The notes: generated by a model not told the origin, from the letters alone. Counted from the stretch's first letter, positions 28,211-37,712 are shown. The stretch is DNA of 64,000 bases from an uncultured bacterium (GCA_963813815.1 CAWFAD010000016.1:512001-576000), one strand, 5' to 3'. Program-made: numbers and translations.

Positions 28211-30100
28211 ATGAAACGGTACATTCTCGCGGCGCTGCTGCCGGCGCTCGCTGCCTCGCTCGCGTCGGCGGCGCCGTCGCCGGCGCGCGCGGCGTTTCCG
28301 GACAGCCGGACGGTCGCGGCGAAATATCCGCAGAGCGACGCGGTCGTTCTCTATGATTCCCTCGTTGTATCCATGGAGGAGCCGGGACGCGTCGCGAAGC
28401 GGCGTCACCGCGCCGTCATGCTCCTCTCCGACAACGCGATCAACCGGTACGGCGACCCCCGCATTCTCTACGACGCCGGCCGCGAGGAACTCCGCATTCT
28501 CGCCGCCCGCGCCCACATGCGGGACGGCTCGGCGGTCGATACGAAGCCGAACGGCATCAACCGGACGACGCCGTTCGCGCTCGATCTCGCGCCCGATTAC
28601 GCCGACTGGCAGGAGACGGTGGTGACGCACGTCGGCATCGAGAAGGGGTGCGTCGCGGAGCTCGAGTACGAGATCGCGGGGCCCATGCCCTCTCCCCGGC
28701 CGAGCGGCGTCGAGATCTTCTCATCGGAGGACCCCGTGGAGCTCGCCGTTCTCGTCGTGAGGACTCCCGCGGGAGCGGAGCTCGAGGCGTTCGGCATGAA
28801 CGGCGCGCCCGAGGCCGCGCGTTCCGCCGGCGCGTGGACGTGGACCGTGCGCGACATCCCGGGACGGACGCCCTTCGACGGCGGCGTCTGGGAGGGAAAC
28901 TATTTTCCCGCGGTGTGCTGGAGCATGGAAACGAGCTGGCAGGAGGCGCTCGCGAAGATCGCGGGCGAGCTCGACGCGGCGTCGGCCTCCTTTCCGGCGC
29001 TGGACGAAGCGGTCCGTGACGCCCTGAAGGACCTCGTCACGGACGAGGAGAAAATACTCGCCGTGCAGCGGCTCGCGATCGGCGCCGTGCGCGGCGTGCG
29101 CGTTCCATTCGCTCTCCTCGCCGCCCCGCCCCGCCCCGCCGCGCGCGTCTACGATACGGGATACGCGGGCCCGCTCGATCGCGCCGTGCTGCTCGCCGCG
29201 ATGCTCCGCTCGGCGGGGTACGATCCGGCGCCGGTTCTCGCGTCGGCGGGGCGGATCGATAACTTCGACGTGGCGGCGCCGCAGCTTTTCGGCGAGATCC
29301 TCGTCTCGGTCGCCGGCGAGGGAACGGGGGATATGATCCTCGCCCCCGGCTCCCGCTACGAGCGCGACGCCTCGTACGCTCTGGCCGGAAAGACCCTCGC
29401 GCGTTTGGAAGGCGGAGTATCCGGCGCGGCGGCGAAAGCTCCGCATCTCGTGAAGCCCCCGTCGCACGAGCCCGGCGCGAGCCGGAGCACCCTCGATATC
29501 GAGCTCGTCCCCGGCGAGAACGGAGCTCTTTCCGGAAAGGGGCGGGCCGTTCTCGGCGGAGCGTTTTCACCGTACTATATCGTCCGCGCGGGCGAGAGCC
29601 TCGAAGCGTATGTCGGAGAGCGCGTCAAGAAACTCTTCGGTGGCGCCGAGCTCGCCGCGTGCAACGCGCTCTCGCTCGACCGGGCGGGGGCCGAGGTGGA
29701 GTTCTCCTTCACGGTGAAGCTGCCCGAGAAGGGCAAGGGAGAGCGCGTCTATCTCTCGTTCCCGAAGGCCTTCGACGCGGCGGTCTCGGGCGTCGAGCGC
29801 GTGCGCCCCGGGCGATCCGCCGTGTCCGATGCCATGAGGCTCGAGCCGTGCGTCCTCTCCGTTTCGTGCTCGATCGTGCTTCCCGAAGGATGGAAGCTCG
29901 TCGCCCTGCCGTCCGCGGCTTCGCTTCGAAACGACGTCGGCGCCGCGAGCGTGAAGATCGAGGGAGCGGCGGGCGAGAAGCGGGTCGTGCGCTCCGAGCT
30001 TCTCCTCGAGCGCGACGTCGTCGCGCCCGCTCTCTACCCCGGGCTGCGGGCCCTGCTCGCGGCCGCCGCCGGCGACGGGATGGTGATCGAAAAAGAATAG
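28211..30100 (+). CDS. Secreted DUF3857 protein with degenerate transglutaminase domain
   Basis: DUF3857 'YPQSDAVVLYD...GIEKGCVAELEY'; the catalytic Cys position reads 'YAGPLDRAVLL'. Confidence 0.8.
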   Translation: MKRYILAALLPALAASLASAAPSPARAAFPDSRTVAAKYPQSDAVVLYDSLVVSMEEPGRVAKRRHRAVMLLSDNAINRYGDPRILYDAGREELRILAARAHMRDGSAVDTKPNGINRTTPFALDLAPDYADWQETVVTHVGIEKGCVAELEYEIAGPMPSPRPSGVEIFSSEDPVELAVLVVRTPAGAELEAFGMNGAPEAARSAGAWTWTVRDIPGRTPFDGGVWEGNYFPAVCWSMETSWQEALAKIAGELDAASASFPALDEAVRDALKDLVTDEEKILAVQRLAIGAVRGVRVPFALLAAPPRPAARVYDTGYAGPLDRAVLLAAMLRSAGYDPAPVLASAGRIDNFDVAAPQLFGEILVSVAGEGTGDMILAPGSRYERDASYALAGKTLARLEGGVSGAAAKAPHLVKPPSHEPGASRSTLDIELVPGENGALSGKGRAVLGGAFSPYYIVRAGESLEAYVGERVKKLFGGAELAACNALSLDRAGAEVEFSFTVKLPEKGKGERVYLSFPKAFDAAVSGVERVRPGRSAVSDAMRLEPCVLSVSCSIVLPEGWKLVALPSAASLRNDVGAASVKIEGAAGEKRVVRSELLLERDVVAPALYPGLRALLAAAAGDGMVIEKE

Positions 30101-30120
30101 CGGGCCGGGTGGCCCGCTAT
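30097..30120. terminator. Hairpin between convergent genes
   Basis: 10-bp perfect stem ATAGCGGGCC/GGCCCGCTAT with no clear U-tract. Confidence 0.45.
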
Positions 30121-30170
30121 CCCGCCTCGGGGGTCGTGCACCGGGGGGTACGGTGCTCGGGGGTCCGCGA

Positions 30171-30518
30171 TCAGTTCGGGTCGAGTTCGATGGTGTCTCC
30201 GAGGTCGGTGGCGCTTTCGCTGAGGGCGTTCGGCGGAAGCTCGACGGCGCTCACGGCGCCGCTCGAAGAGTCGGCGATGCAATCCGGCGGAAAGTTGCGG
30301 TAGATCGTCACGATGCGCCCGTGCCGGTTGAGGAAGGCGATGTCGACCGCGTTTCCGAGTCCGACCGTATAGATAGCGCGGCACGGCGCGATCCACAGCG
30401 CGCAGTTCTTCGGAATTCCGGCGCGGTTGAGAGAACGAAGCGTCGAGTAGGTGTTCGAGTTGAGCGTCAGGAGACGCTTCGCGATCATCGTCCCTCGCGT
30501 CTTGTTGAGAACTGACAC
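30171..30518 (-). CDS. DUF192-family protein
   Basis: 'LWIAPCRAIYTVG...VDIAFLNRHGRIV...AVELP...GDTIEL'; RBS GGAGG. Confidence 0.8.
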   Translation of the reverse strand: MSVLNKTRGTMIAKRLLTLNSNTYSTLRSLNRAGIPKNCALWIAPCRAIYTVGLGNAVDIAFLNRHGRIVTIYRNFPPDCIADSSSGAVSAVELPPNALSESATDLGDTIELDPN

Positions 30519-30533
30519 GGCCGCACACCTCCC

Positions 30534-31127
30534 CTAGATCGATGTTCCGATCATGAGCACGGCGAGCGTCGAAAGGGCCAGCTTCGCGGTCCACGGGAAC
30601 GGAAACGAAGTGGCGCCGGACGCGCCGGGGTCGACCTCGTCGCACCCCTCCGACAACGCGAGCTCCTCGAATTCCTTCCTGTCCTTGCGCAGAATCTTCA
30701 TCGCCTCGATTTCGACGAGAGCGGACTGCTCGTCGAGGGCGAGAAGGCTGGATCGGCCGCCGCTCGACCCCGTCGTCCGGGGCGCCGGGCGCGGCGAATC
30801 GATTCCGAGCAGCCGCTGCACCATGAGAAACGCGGTCGCCGCGGCGAATACCATGCCGTACTGGTGCGTGCCGAGCGAGGAGCCGAGCGCCACGGAGACG
30901 AGCACGTCGGCTCGCGATATGTGGCCGAGAAACGAGAGCGGCAGCGTGAGCAGGAGCGCGAAGGCCCCGCCCGCGATCGAGAACACGAGCCCGTCGAGAC
31001 CGTCGACCAGACCGAACGCGGCCGGGGCGGCGACCGCCGCCGCGATCGCGATCGCGGACTGGATCCTCGGCTTTCCGAGGGCGTACGTCGCGGTGATTAT
31101 GAAGAGCGCTGTGAGAAGGTTGAGCAC
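30534..31127 (-). CDS. Degenerate A24 (CpaA/TadV-type) prepilin peptidase-like membrane protein
   Basis: Layout matches CpaA: 'ATYALGKPRIQS' (cf. TDxxxxRIPN), 'HISRADVLVSVALGSSLG' (cf. GMGAGDVKL..A.G..LG), C-terminal 'FPFPWTAKLA'. Confidence 0.55.
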   Translation of the reverse strand: MLNLLTALFIITATYALGKPRIQSAIAIAAAVAAPAAFGLVDGLDGLVFSIAGGAFALLLTLPLSFLGHISRADVLVSVALGSSLGTHQYGMVFAAATAFLMVQRLLGIDSPRPAPRTTGSSGGRSSLLALDEQSALVEIEAMKILRKDRKEFEELALSEGCDEVDPGASGATSFPFPWTAKLALSTLAVLMIGTSI

Positions 31128-31493
31128 GGGCCGTACGCTCCTTTTCCGTGTCGATGCCGTATCTCAGTCGATGGAATAACAAGATGCATTCCATCGAGCG
31201 GCTCGAAGGGGAGATCGCTTGAATGCGGGGCGGGCACGGCCGCGGGAAGGCGCGCAACAGATTGTATTTCAACGTGCTATCGCAGCGGGTGCGGCTGCGA
31301 ATTATCGCCCGGCGCCGCGCGGTATCCCCGCTCGTCCGCGCCGGCTCGGTTGGATTTTGGTGAAAATCCCCAACCTGTCGAAGATCGCCGGGATACCCTG
31401 CGCGCTTTTTCGTCGGCTGGGCGCCGGCGATGCCCGGCGATTCCCCGCGCTTTCCGTTCGTGTCCGGTTGTCGCCGATCGATCCGCGGGAGAG

Positions 31494-32540
31494 CTATGTT
31501 CCGGCGAGCCGCAGGAACGCCTCTTCGACGCGCCGCATATTGTCGCGCCAGAGCCCCCGCTCGCGGATGATGATCCCGTTGCGCTCGCGAGCCGACGAGC
31601 GCAGGGCGCCGTCGCCGAGGGCCGTCAGAACGGCGTCCGCGAGGGTTCCGGGATCGCGCCGCGCGAGAACGATGCCGTTCAGGCCGTTCGATATCCACTC
31701 GCGATTCGCGGGTAGATCCGCCACCACGGGGAAGGCGCCGCAGGCCATCGCTTCGAGCAGGGAGACCGAGGTCGAGTCCGACCGGGAGGTCGAAACGTAG
31801 ACGGCCGCTTTCCGGAGCTCGTCCGCGATGGCCGCGGGCTCGAGGCGTCCTTTGAAGTCGAAGCGGCCGGCGAGGCCGAGAACGGCGGCTTTCTCCTCGA
31901 GACGCCGGCGGTCCGGGCCGTCTCCGCAAACGACGAATCGCGCGTCGCGTTTCTCGAGCACGAGCGGCGCGGCGTCGACGAGGAGCCCGACGTCATAGAC
32001 GGGGTGGAGGTTTCTCGTGCTCACGATCCGGGGCTCCGCGGGAGGGGCGGGGGCTGGGTGGAACATGCGCTCGTCCACTCCGAGGTACGCCTTGAGAACG
32101 CTTCTGGCCCCGGCGCGCGCGGCGAGCCTCGAGAGCTCCTCGGCGTCGGTGATGACGAGATCGGCCCTCCGGAGCACCCGGCCGATCTGGAGGCGGTGGA
32201 GAACCGAAGAGGGATAATCGACGAGGAGGTCCGAGCCGATGCTCGTCGCCGCGAACGGCCGGGCGCCGCAGAGCGAGGCGACGAGCCCGTAGCCGCCGAG
32301 GTAGAGGGCGCTCACGATGTCGGGCTTGAAGCGTCGCGTCTCGGCTCGGATGGCGGGAAGGGCGGAGAGGTATCCCGCGAGCTTCGTCGGCGCGCGCGCC
32401 TCGAGCCGGCGCGCCGGGGCGACGGAGCCGTCGACGCTTTCGAACGAGAGGAGCAGAACGTCGTGCCCGCGCTCGTGGAAGTACCCGCTCCACCGCCTCG
32501 TGTGAACGAGGGAGCCGTCTCCGAACACCAGGATGCGCAT
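31494..32540 (-). CDS. GT4 glycosyltransferase
   Basis: 'VHTRRW', 'GSDL', 'STRNLHPVY', 'SDSTSVSLLEAMACG'. Confidence 0.9.
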   Translation of the reverse strand: MRILVFGDGSLVHTRRWSGYFHERGHDVLLLSFESVDGSVAPARRLEARAPTKLAGYLSALPAIRAETRRFKPDIVSALYLGGYGLVASLCGARPFAATSIGSDLLVDYPSSVLHRLQIGRVLRRADLVITDAEELSRLAARAGARSVLKAYLGVDERMFHPAPAPPAEPRIVSTRNLHPVYDVGLLVDAAPLVLEKRDARFVVCGDGPDRRRLEEKAAVLGLAGRFDFKGRLEPAAIADELRKAAVYVSTSRSDSTSVSLLEAMACGAFPVVADLPANREWISNGLNGIVLARRDPGTLADAVLTALGDGALRSSARERNGIIIRERGLWRDNMRRVEEAFLRLAGT

Positions 32541-32746
32541 GGCTCCGACTGTATCATAGGCCGCTCGACGATCGAAGCGCAATTCGCGCCGCCCCGCGGA
32601 CGCGCCCCGCTCCCGCGGGGCACATATTTTCTTGCGGATTTCATGCGGCTCGTTCACAATCTCCCATGAGCGCAGCTTATCTACGAAACGTCGATTCTCG
32701 TCCGCCCGCACTCCGTCGGGGTCGTTTTCATCGGGAGGCTCTTCGT

Positions 32747-33763
32747 ATGTCGCCCAGACTCGCTTCGCGCCCGCCGGCACTCGCGGCCGCGATCGCGCTC
32801 GCCGCGATCGTCGCCGCGCCGGCCGGAACGCTCGCCGCGCGCGCCGCGGCGGATCGTCCGGTGCATACCTATTCGATCGTCGCCCGCGATTCGGTCACCG
32901 GCGAGATGGGTGTGGCCGTGCAGTCGCACTGGTTCTCGGTCGGTCCGGTCGTGCCGTGGGCGCGCGCCGGGGTGGGCGCCGTCGCGACGCAGAGCCTCGT
33001 GCTCGTGTCGTACGGGCCGCTCGGGCTCGAGCTCATGGAGCAGGGGATGAGCGCGCGGGAGGCGCTCGAGAAGCTCGTCGAGGAGGATCCCCACGCCTCG
33101 GTCCGTCAGGTGGCGATGGTCGATCGGGACGGAAACGTCGCGGTCCATACCGGCGATTCGTGCATCGCCCACGCCTCGCACCGCGCGGGCGCCGGCTTTT
33201 CGGTGCAGGCGAACATGATGCTCACGGGCGGCGTTCCCGCCGCGATGGCCGGGGCGTTCGAGTCGGCCGAGGGGGATCTCGCCGAACGGATGCTCGCCTC
33301 GCTCGAGGCGGCCGAGCGCGAGGGGGGCGACATACGCGGACGGCAGTCGGCGGCGATCGTCGTCGTGCGTGCGGTTCCGAGCGACGAGCCGTGGTCGGAC
33401 GTCGTCATGGACCTCCGCGTCGAGGATCATCCGAGACCCGTCGAGGAGCTGCGCCGGCTCGTCCGGCTCGAGCGCGCGTACGAGTTCGAGAATCTCGGCG
33501 ACGAGGCGATGGCCGAGGGGGATCTCGCCGCGGCGATGGAGGCGTACGGAGAGGCCGCGAAGCTCGCCCCGGACAACCTCGAGCTCGCCTTCTGGCAAGG
33601 CGTTTCGCTCATCAACGTCGGACGCGACGCCGAGGGGATCGCGATCATCAAGCCCGTCGTCGAGCGCGACCCCAACTGGAAGGAGCTCCTCGGGCGCCTT
33701 CCGAGGAGCGGGCTCCTCCGCGTGGACGACGCCCGGCTCGGGAAGATTCTGTCGGCGCTCTGA
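32747..33763 (+). CDS. Secreted DUF1028 (Ntn-hydrolase-like) + TPR protein
   Basis: 'HTYSIVARD...GVAVQSHWFSVG...GAVATQS', 'GGDIRGRQSAA', 'DLRVEDH'; RBS GGGAGG. Confidence 0.88.
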   Translation: MSPRLASRPPALAAAIALAAIVAAPAGTLAARAAADRPVHTYSIVARDSVTGEMGVAVQSHWFSVGPVVPWARAGVGAVATQSLVLVSYGPLGLELMEQGMSAREALEKLVEEDPHASVRQVAMVDRDGNVAVHTGDSCIAHASHRAGAGFSVQANMMLTGGVPAAMAGAFESAEGDLAERMLASLEAAEREGGDIRGRQSAAIVVVRAVPSDEPWSDVVMDLRVEDHPRPVEELRRLVRLERAYEFENLGDEAMAEGDLAAAMEAYGEAAKLAPDNLELAFWQGVSLINVGRDAEGIAIIKPVVERDPNWKELLGRLPRSGLLRVDDARLGKILSAL

Positions 33764-33817
33764 GGGTCCGCCCGCGAGGGGGCGCCTCGTGTTTAAACGA
33801 ATCGGCGGCGAAGCTGT

Positions 33818-34453
33818 ATGAATATGGCGGAGCAGACAACCGGCCTCGACGAGGCCGAGCTCGTGCGAAGGGGTCACGCGGGAGATCGCGAGGCGCTCCA
33901 GGAGCTCTTGAGGATGCACGAACGCGGGCTCTACGCGTTCGTGAACCGGTTCGTGGGCGGAGCCGCCGAGGCGGCGGACGTGTATCAGGACATCGTGCTG
34001 AGGGCGATCGAGAATATTCACCGGTACAATCCCAACCTGAGCTTTCGAACGTGGCTCTACACGCTCGCCGCCAATTACTGCAAGAACGTCCTGCGGTCGC
34101 GCGGGCAGCGCGGCAAGTTCCGCATGCCGGCTTTCAGGCGCTCCGGGCACGGCGACGAGATCGACGTGCTCGCGACCGCCCCGGACCCGGCCCCGGGACC
34201 CGATCGGGCGGCGGAGAGCTCCGAGTTTCTGCGCGCGCTCGAACGCGAGCTCATGAATCTGCCGGCGGCCCAGCGCGAGGTTTTCGTTCTGAGGGAATTC
34301 AACGGCGTTCCGTTCAGGGAGATATCCTCGATTCTCAAGATACCCGAGGCGACGGCGCGATCGCGGATGTATCTCGCCGTCGAGTATCTGCGCGTGCGGC
34401 TGCGCGCGTTTGCCGGGGCGGAGGCCGGACGGAAAGCGGAGGGAAGAGCGTGA
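33818..34453 (+). CDS. ECF RNA polymerase sigma factor
   Basis: Sigma region 2 'DVYQD..F.TWLYTLAANYC' and region 4 'LPAAQREVFVLR...EISSILKIPEATARSRM'. Confidence 0.92.
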   Translation: MNMAEQTTGLDEAELVRRGHAGDREALQELLRMHERGLYAFVNRFVGGAAEAADVYQDIVLRAIENIHRYNPNLSFRTWLYTLAANYCKNVLRSRGQRGKFRMPAFRRSGHGDEIDVLATAPDPAPGPDRAAESSEFLRALERELMNLPAAQREVFVLREFNGVPFREISSILKIPEATARSRMYLAVEYLRVRLRAFAGAEAGRKAEGRA

Positions 34454-35649
34454 CGGAACAGCGCGGCGACAAAGACCGCGGCGCGTCCGGCGTCCGGCCG
34501 GACGCCGGCGGCATCCATTCTCCCGAGTGCCCCGCGTGCCTCGAGACGCGCCACGAAATCATGATGGCCGTGTTTCACGAGGCGGAGGTCGTCGCCGGGT
34601 CCGTTTCGATCCATCTCGCCGAGTGCCCTTCCTGCCGCGAGTGGGAGGCGGATCTGCGGCGCATGCACTCGATCTGCGAATGCGCCGGCGAGGGCGCCGC
34701 TCCCGCCGGTCTCACCGAGGCGGCCCTCTCCGCGCCCGCGGCGGCGCCGGATGCCCGCGGGCTCCGGGCCTCGCCCGCTTCGCTTTCCCGGGATCGCGGC
34801 GCGCTCGCCGTGAGCCTCGTTTTCATCGTGCTCGCCAACGCGGGGCTCGCCGCGCTCCTCGAGGGGAGCGCGCGGGTTCTCTACCCCGCCGTCACGCTCG
34901 CCGCCATGCTCGTCGCCACCCTCTGGGTCTTTTTCGATTCGAGGGGGCGCGGCGCGCGGGGCGGCTTCTGGACGGCGCTGCAGCCCCTGACCGTGCCCGC
35001 CGGTCTCGTCGCCTATATCGTCTGCCGCGACCGGGAATCCATGCGCTGCCCGGAGTGCGGAGCCCTCTGCCACGCGCAGGACCGGCACTGCCGCCGATGC
35101 GGCAGGCGGCTGCAGGACGTTTGCTGCCGGTGCGGGAAGACCGTGCGGCGGGAGTTTCGGATCTGTCCGTGGTGCGGCACGCCGCTCGCCGAATGCTTCC
35201 TGCGCGACGGGAGCGCGGGCGCCTCGTGCGGCTGGACGGGCGCCCAGAAGGCGTTCGTCGCCGGCGCCAACGCGGCGCTCCTCGCGGCGTTGCTCGCCGT
35301 GCTTTTCGGGGGCGGCGATCCGGCATGGACGGCGGCCGCTTCGCTCTACCTCGCCGGGATGATTCCCGTTTTCAACTGGGCGGCGTTCGACGCTCGACGC
35401 CGCGCGATGGACACTATCGGATGGGGAATGCTCGCGCTGCTCGCGGGCTACGCCGGTCTCGTCGTCTATCTCGCGTGCCGTCAGCCGCTCGTGAGCCAGT
35501 GTCCGGTCTGCGGAAGCTTCCCGCCGTCGAGCTTCAGCTACTGCCCTTGCTGCGGATCGCTCATGAATCCTGCCTGCCCGAGGTGCGGCGCGGCGGGCGC
35601 CGGGAGCTACTGCGCCTCGTGCGGCGCGCCTCTCTCCGGCGGAGGATGA
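34450..35649 (+). CDS. Zinc anti-sigma (HxxxCxxC) fused to two [TM hairpin + double zinc ribbon] modules
   Basis: GTG overlaps the sigma stop; 'HLAECPSC'; duplicated 'WxxFDxRxR...W...GLVxYxxCR...CPxCG'; eight CxxC ribbon motifs. Confidence 0.8.
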   Translation: MTEQRGDKDRGASGVRPDAGGIHSPECPACLETRHEIMMAVFHEAEVVAGSVSIHLAECPSCREWEADLRRMHSICECAGEGAAPAGLTEAALSAPAAAPDARGLRASPASLSRDRGALAVSLVFIVLANAGLAALLEGSARVLYPAVTLAAMLVATLWVFFDSRGRGARGGFWTALQPLTVPAGLVAYIVCRDRESMRCPECGALCHAQDRHCRRCGRRLQDVCCRCGKTVRREFRICPWCGTPLAECFLRDGSAGASCGWTGAQKAFVAGANAALLAALLAVLFGGGDPAWTAAASLYLAGMIPVFNWAAFDARRRAMDTIGWGMLALLAGYAGLVVYLACRQPLVSQCPVCGSFPPSSFSYCPCCGSLMNPACPRCGAAGAGSYCASCGAPLSGGG

Positions 35650-35685
35650 TGCGGCCGCGTTTCCCTCGAGCGGCGCCGCGTCGCG

Positions 35686-36102
35686 TCAGCGCAGCTTTCT
35701 CCCCGCAGTGGCGGGGATGAGGCGGCCGTACTTGACGCCCTTCATCGACATGAGCTCGTCCGCGATCGCCCGCACCGCCGCGGGTTTCCCCCGAATCACC
35801 TTCGCCTCGAGGCAGTTGCCGCGGTCGAGATGGAGATGCAGCGTCGTGAGAATACCGCCGTGATGGCGGTGCTCCCGCGTGAGGAGCTGCGACGAAAGCT
35901 CGCGGCGGCGATGATCGTACACGATGACGAGAACGCCGATCACTTCCCCGCGCGCCGCGCCCCATTCATGCTCGACGAGCGCGCCGCGGACGAGATCGCG
36001 GATCGCCTCGCTGCGGTTGGGGTAGCCTTTGCGCCGCACGAGGGCGTCGAGTCCCGCCAGAAGCGAGCCGTCCATCGAGACGCCGAACCGCGTCGTTTTC
36101 AC
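35686..36102 (-). CDS. nikR: Nickel-responsive regulator NikR
   Basis: 'RFGVSMD...GYPNRSEAIRDL', 'YDH', 'LHLHLDRGNCLE', 'KGVKYGRL'. Confidence 0.95.
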   Translation of the reverse strand: MKTTRFGVSMDGSLLAGLDALVRRKGYPNRSEAIRDLVRGALVEHEWGAARGEVIGVLVIVYDHRRRELSSQLLTREHRHHGGILTTLHLHLDRGNCLEAKVIRGKPAAVRAIADELMSMKGVKYGRLIPATAGRKLR

Positions 36103-37712
36103 CGCTGGTCCTCCTCCCGGTAGTGGGAATGCCGGAAATCCGCCGCGGCCGGCCCGTGCGGACGCAGATGCGCGTGCACGAGCCCGGCCCGCTCGAGGAG
36201 CGCCGTGTCCGCGAGCGCTGTCTCGACGGGACCGGCGAAGAGCGGGCGGCGGTCCGGCCCGAGAACGATCGCATGCTCGCCGATGTGTCTCGCGAGCAGG
36301 AGATCCTGCGTGGCCGTCACGATCGTCGTCCGGCGCGCGGCCAGCCCGGCGAGTATGTCGATGAGCATCCCCTCCGTCGCCGGATCGAGGCTCGCGGTCG
36401 GCTCGTCGAGAAGGAGCGCCTCGAGATCCATCGTGAGGACGGAAGCGAGCGCCACGCGCTTCTTTTCCCCGCCGCTCAACCGGTACGGATACCGCTCGGC
36501 GAGCCCCTCGATCCGGAGCGCGGCGAGCGCCGACTCGACGCGGCGGTTCACCTCCGCTTCGTCGAGCCCCATCTGGCGAGGTCCGAACGCGAGCTCCTCG
36601 CGAACGGTGGGGGAGAAGCACTGGACGTCGGGATCCTGGAAGACGAGCCCGATTTTGCCGCGGAACGACCGCCGCGAGGGCCCGCGGTCGAGAACGCGCT
36701 CCGTGACGGCCTCGCCGAAGGCCTTGACCGACCCCTTGCCGGGAAAGACGAGCCCGTCGAGAATTTTGAGGAGCGTCGATTTGCCGGAGCCGTTCGGTCC
36801 GAGGAGCACGGTGCAGCGGCCGCTGGGAATAATGAGCCGCTCGATCTCAAGGGCGGTATCGCCGCCCGGATACGCGTAGGACACACCCGAAAGCTCGAAC
36901 GCGGCGGTCCCGTCGTCAGGCGGCGTTTTTCCCCCGCCGTGGAGCGGGGCCTCGCCCCGGCGGCCGGCCGCCGGATCGAGCGTGTCGCGCGGGGGGCCGT
37001 TTCCCTCGGGGTCCCATCCCCGAGAGAGCATCGCGAGGTGCACGCCGTCGGCGAGGTCGAGCGATCTCACGAAGAGGAGCCCGGCGCTCCGGGAGACGAA
37101 GGCCGCCTCCCGCCGGAGCGGAAGCGGAGCGAGCGTTCTGCTCCGGCGCGCCATGAAGAGATCGGGCGCCGCGCGCACGAGGAGCAGCAGATACCGGTAG
37201 CAGAGCGAGAGGAGCGAGACGGCTGTTCCCGGCAGCCGCAGGGAGCGCAACGCCGAGAGGAGGGCGTGCCACGGCGTCGTGACGACGAGAAGAACGGCGA
37301 ACGAGACCGACGCCGAGACGCGCAGAACGAGCGTGAGCGCCGTCCGGGCGCCCTCGGCGGTCACCGCGAGCGGCCCGAGGGAGGCGACGCGCGTCCCCGG
37401 CGTGAGAAAGAGCGCCGGGACCGCGACGATGATCGTGAAAAGCGGAATGAACACCCAGATGCGGCGCGTGAAGGCGGCGACGCCGATGCGCGAGGCCGCG
37501 GCGAGCGCCGTCGCGGCGGCGTAGAGCGCCGCGAGCGCGGCGACGCTTCTCGCGAGCGAGCAGGCGACGATCATCCCCCCGGCGAGGACGACCTTGAGGC
37601 GCGCGTCGATCCGCTGGAGGAGGCCGTTCTCTCGCGCCCACCGCTCGTTCACGAACGCGCGCTCGAGGGCGGCCGAAAGGGCCGAGATATTTTTCTCAAG
37701 AAATGCGCCCAT
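36099..37712 (-). CDS. Fused ECF transporter T component (CbiQ/NikQ) and ATPase (CbiO/NikO)
   Basis: N-half 'LQRIDARLK...TTPW...YRYL...AMLSRG'; C-half 'GPNGSGKST', 'FQDPDVQ', 'LSGGEKKR', 'DEPT'; one uninterrupted frame. Confidence 0.85.
   Translation of the reverse strand: MGAFLEKNISALSAALERAFVNERWARENGLLQRIDARLKVVLAGGMIVACSLARSVAALAALYAAATALAAASRIGVAAFTRRIWVFIPLFTIIVAVPALFLTPGTRVASLGPLAVTAEGARTALTLVLRVSASVSFAVLLVVTTPWHALLSALRSLRLPGTAVSLLSLCYRYLLLLVRAAPDLFMARRSRTLAPLPLRREAAFVSRSAGLLFVRSLDLADGVHLAMLSRGWDPEGNGPPRDTLDPAAGRRGEAPLHGGGKTPPDDGTAAFELSGVSYAYPGGDTALEIERLIIPSGRCTVLLGPNGSGKSTLLKILDGLVFPGKGSVKAFGEAVTERVLDRGPSRRSFRGKIGLVFQDPDVQCFSPTVREELAFGPRQMGLDEAEVNRRVESALAALRIEGLAERYPYRLSGGEKKRVALASVLTMDLEALLLDEPTASLDPATEGMLIDILAGLAARRTTIVTATQDLLLARHIGEHAIVLGPDRRPLFAGPVETALADTALLERAGLVHAHLRPHGPAAADFRHSHYREEDQR

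Noticed and set aside
32632..34449. N-terminal 600 aa of the 1005-aa ORF, and similar long extensions of the 21692, 23697, 49626, 54010 and 54981 ORFs
   Set aside because: Stop-poor shadow frames typical of high-GC DNA that overlap well-supported genes.
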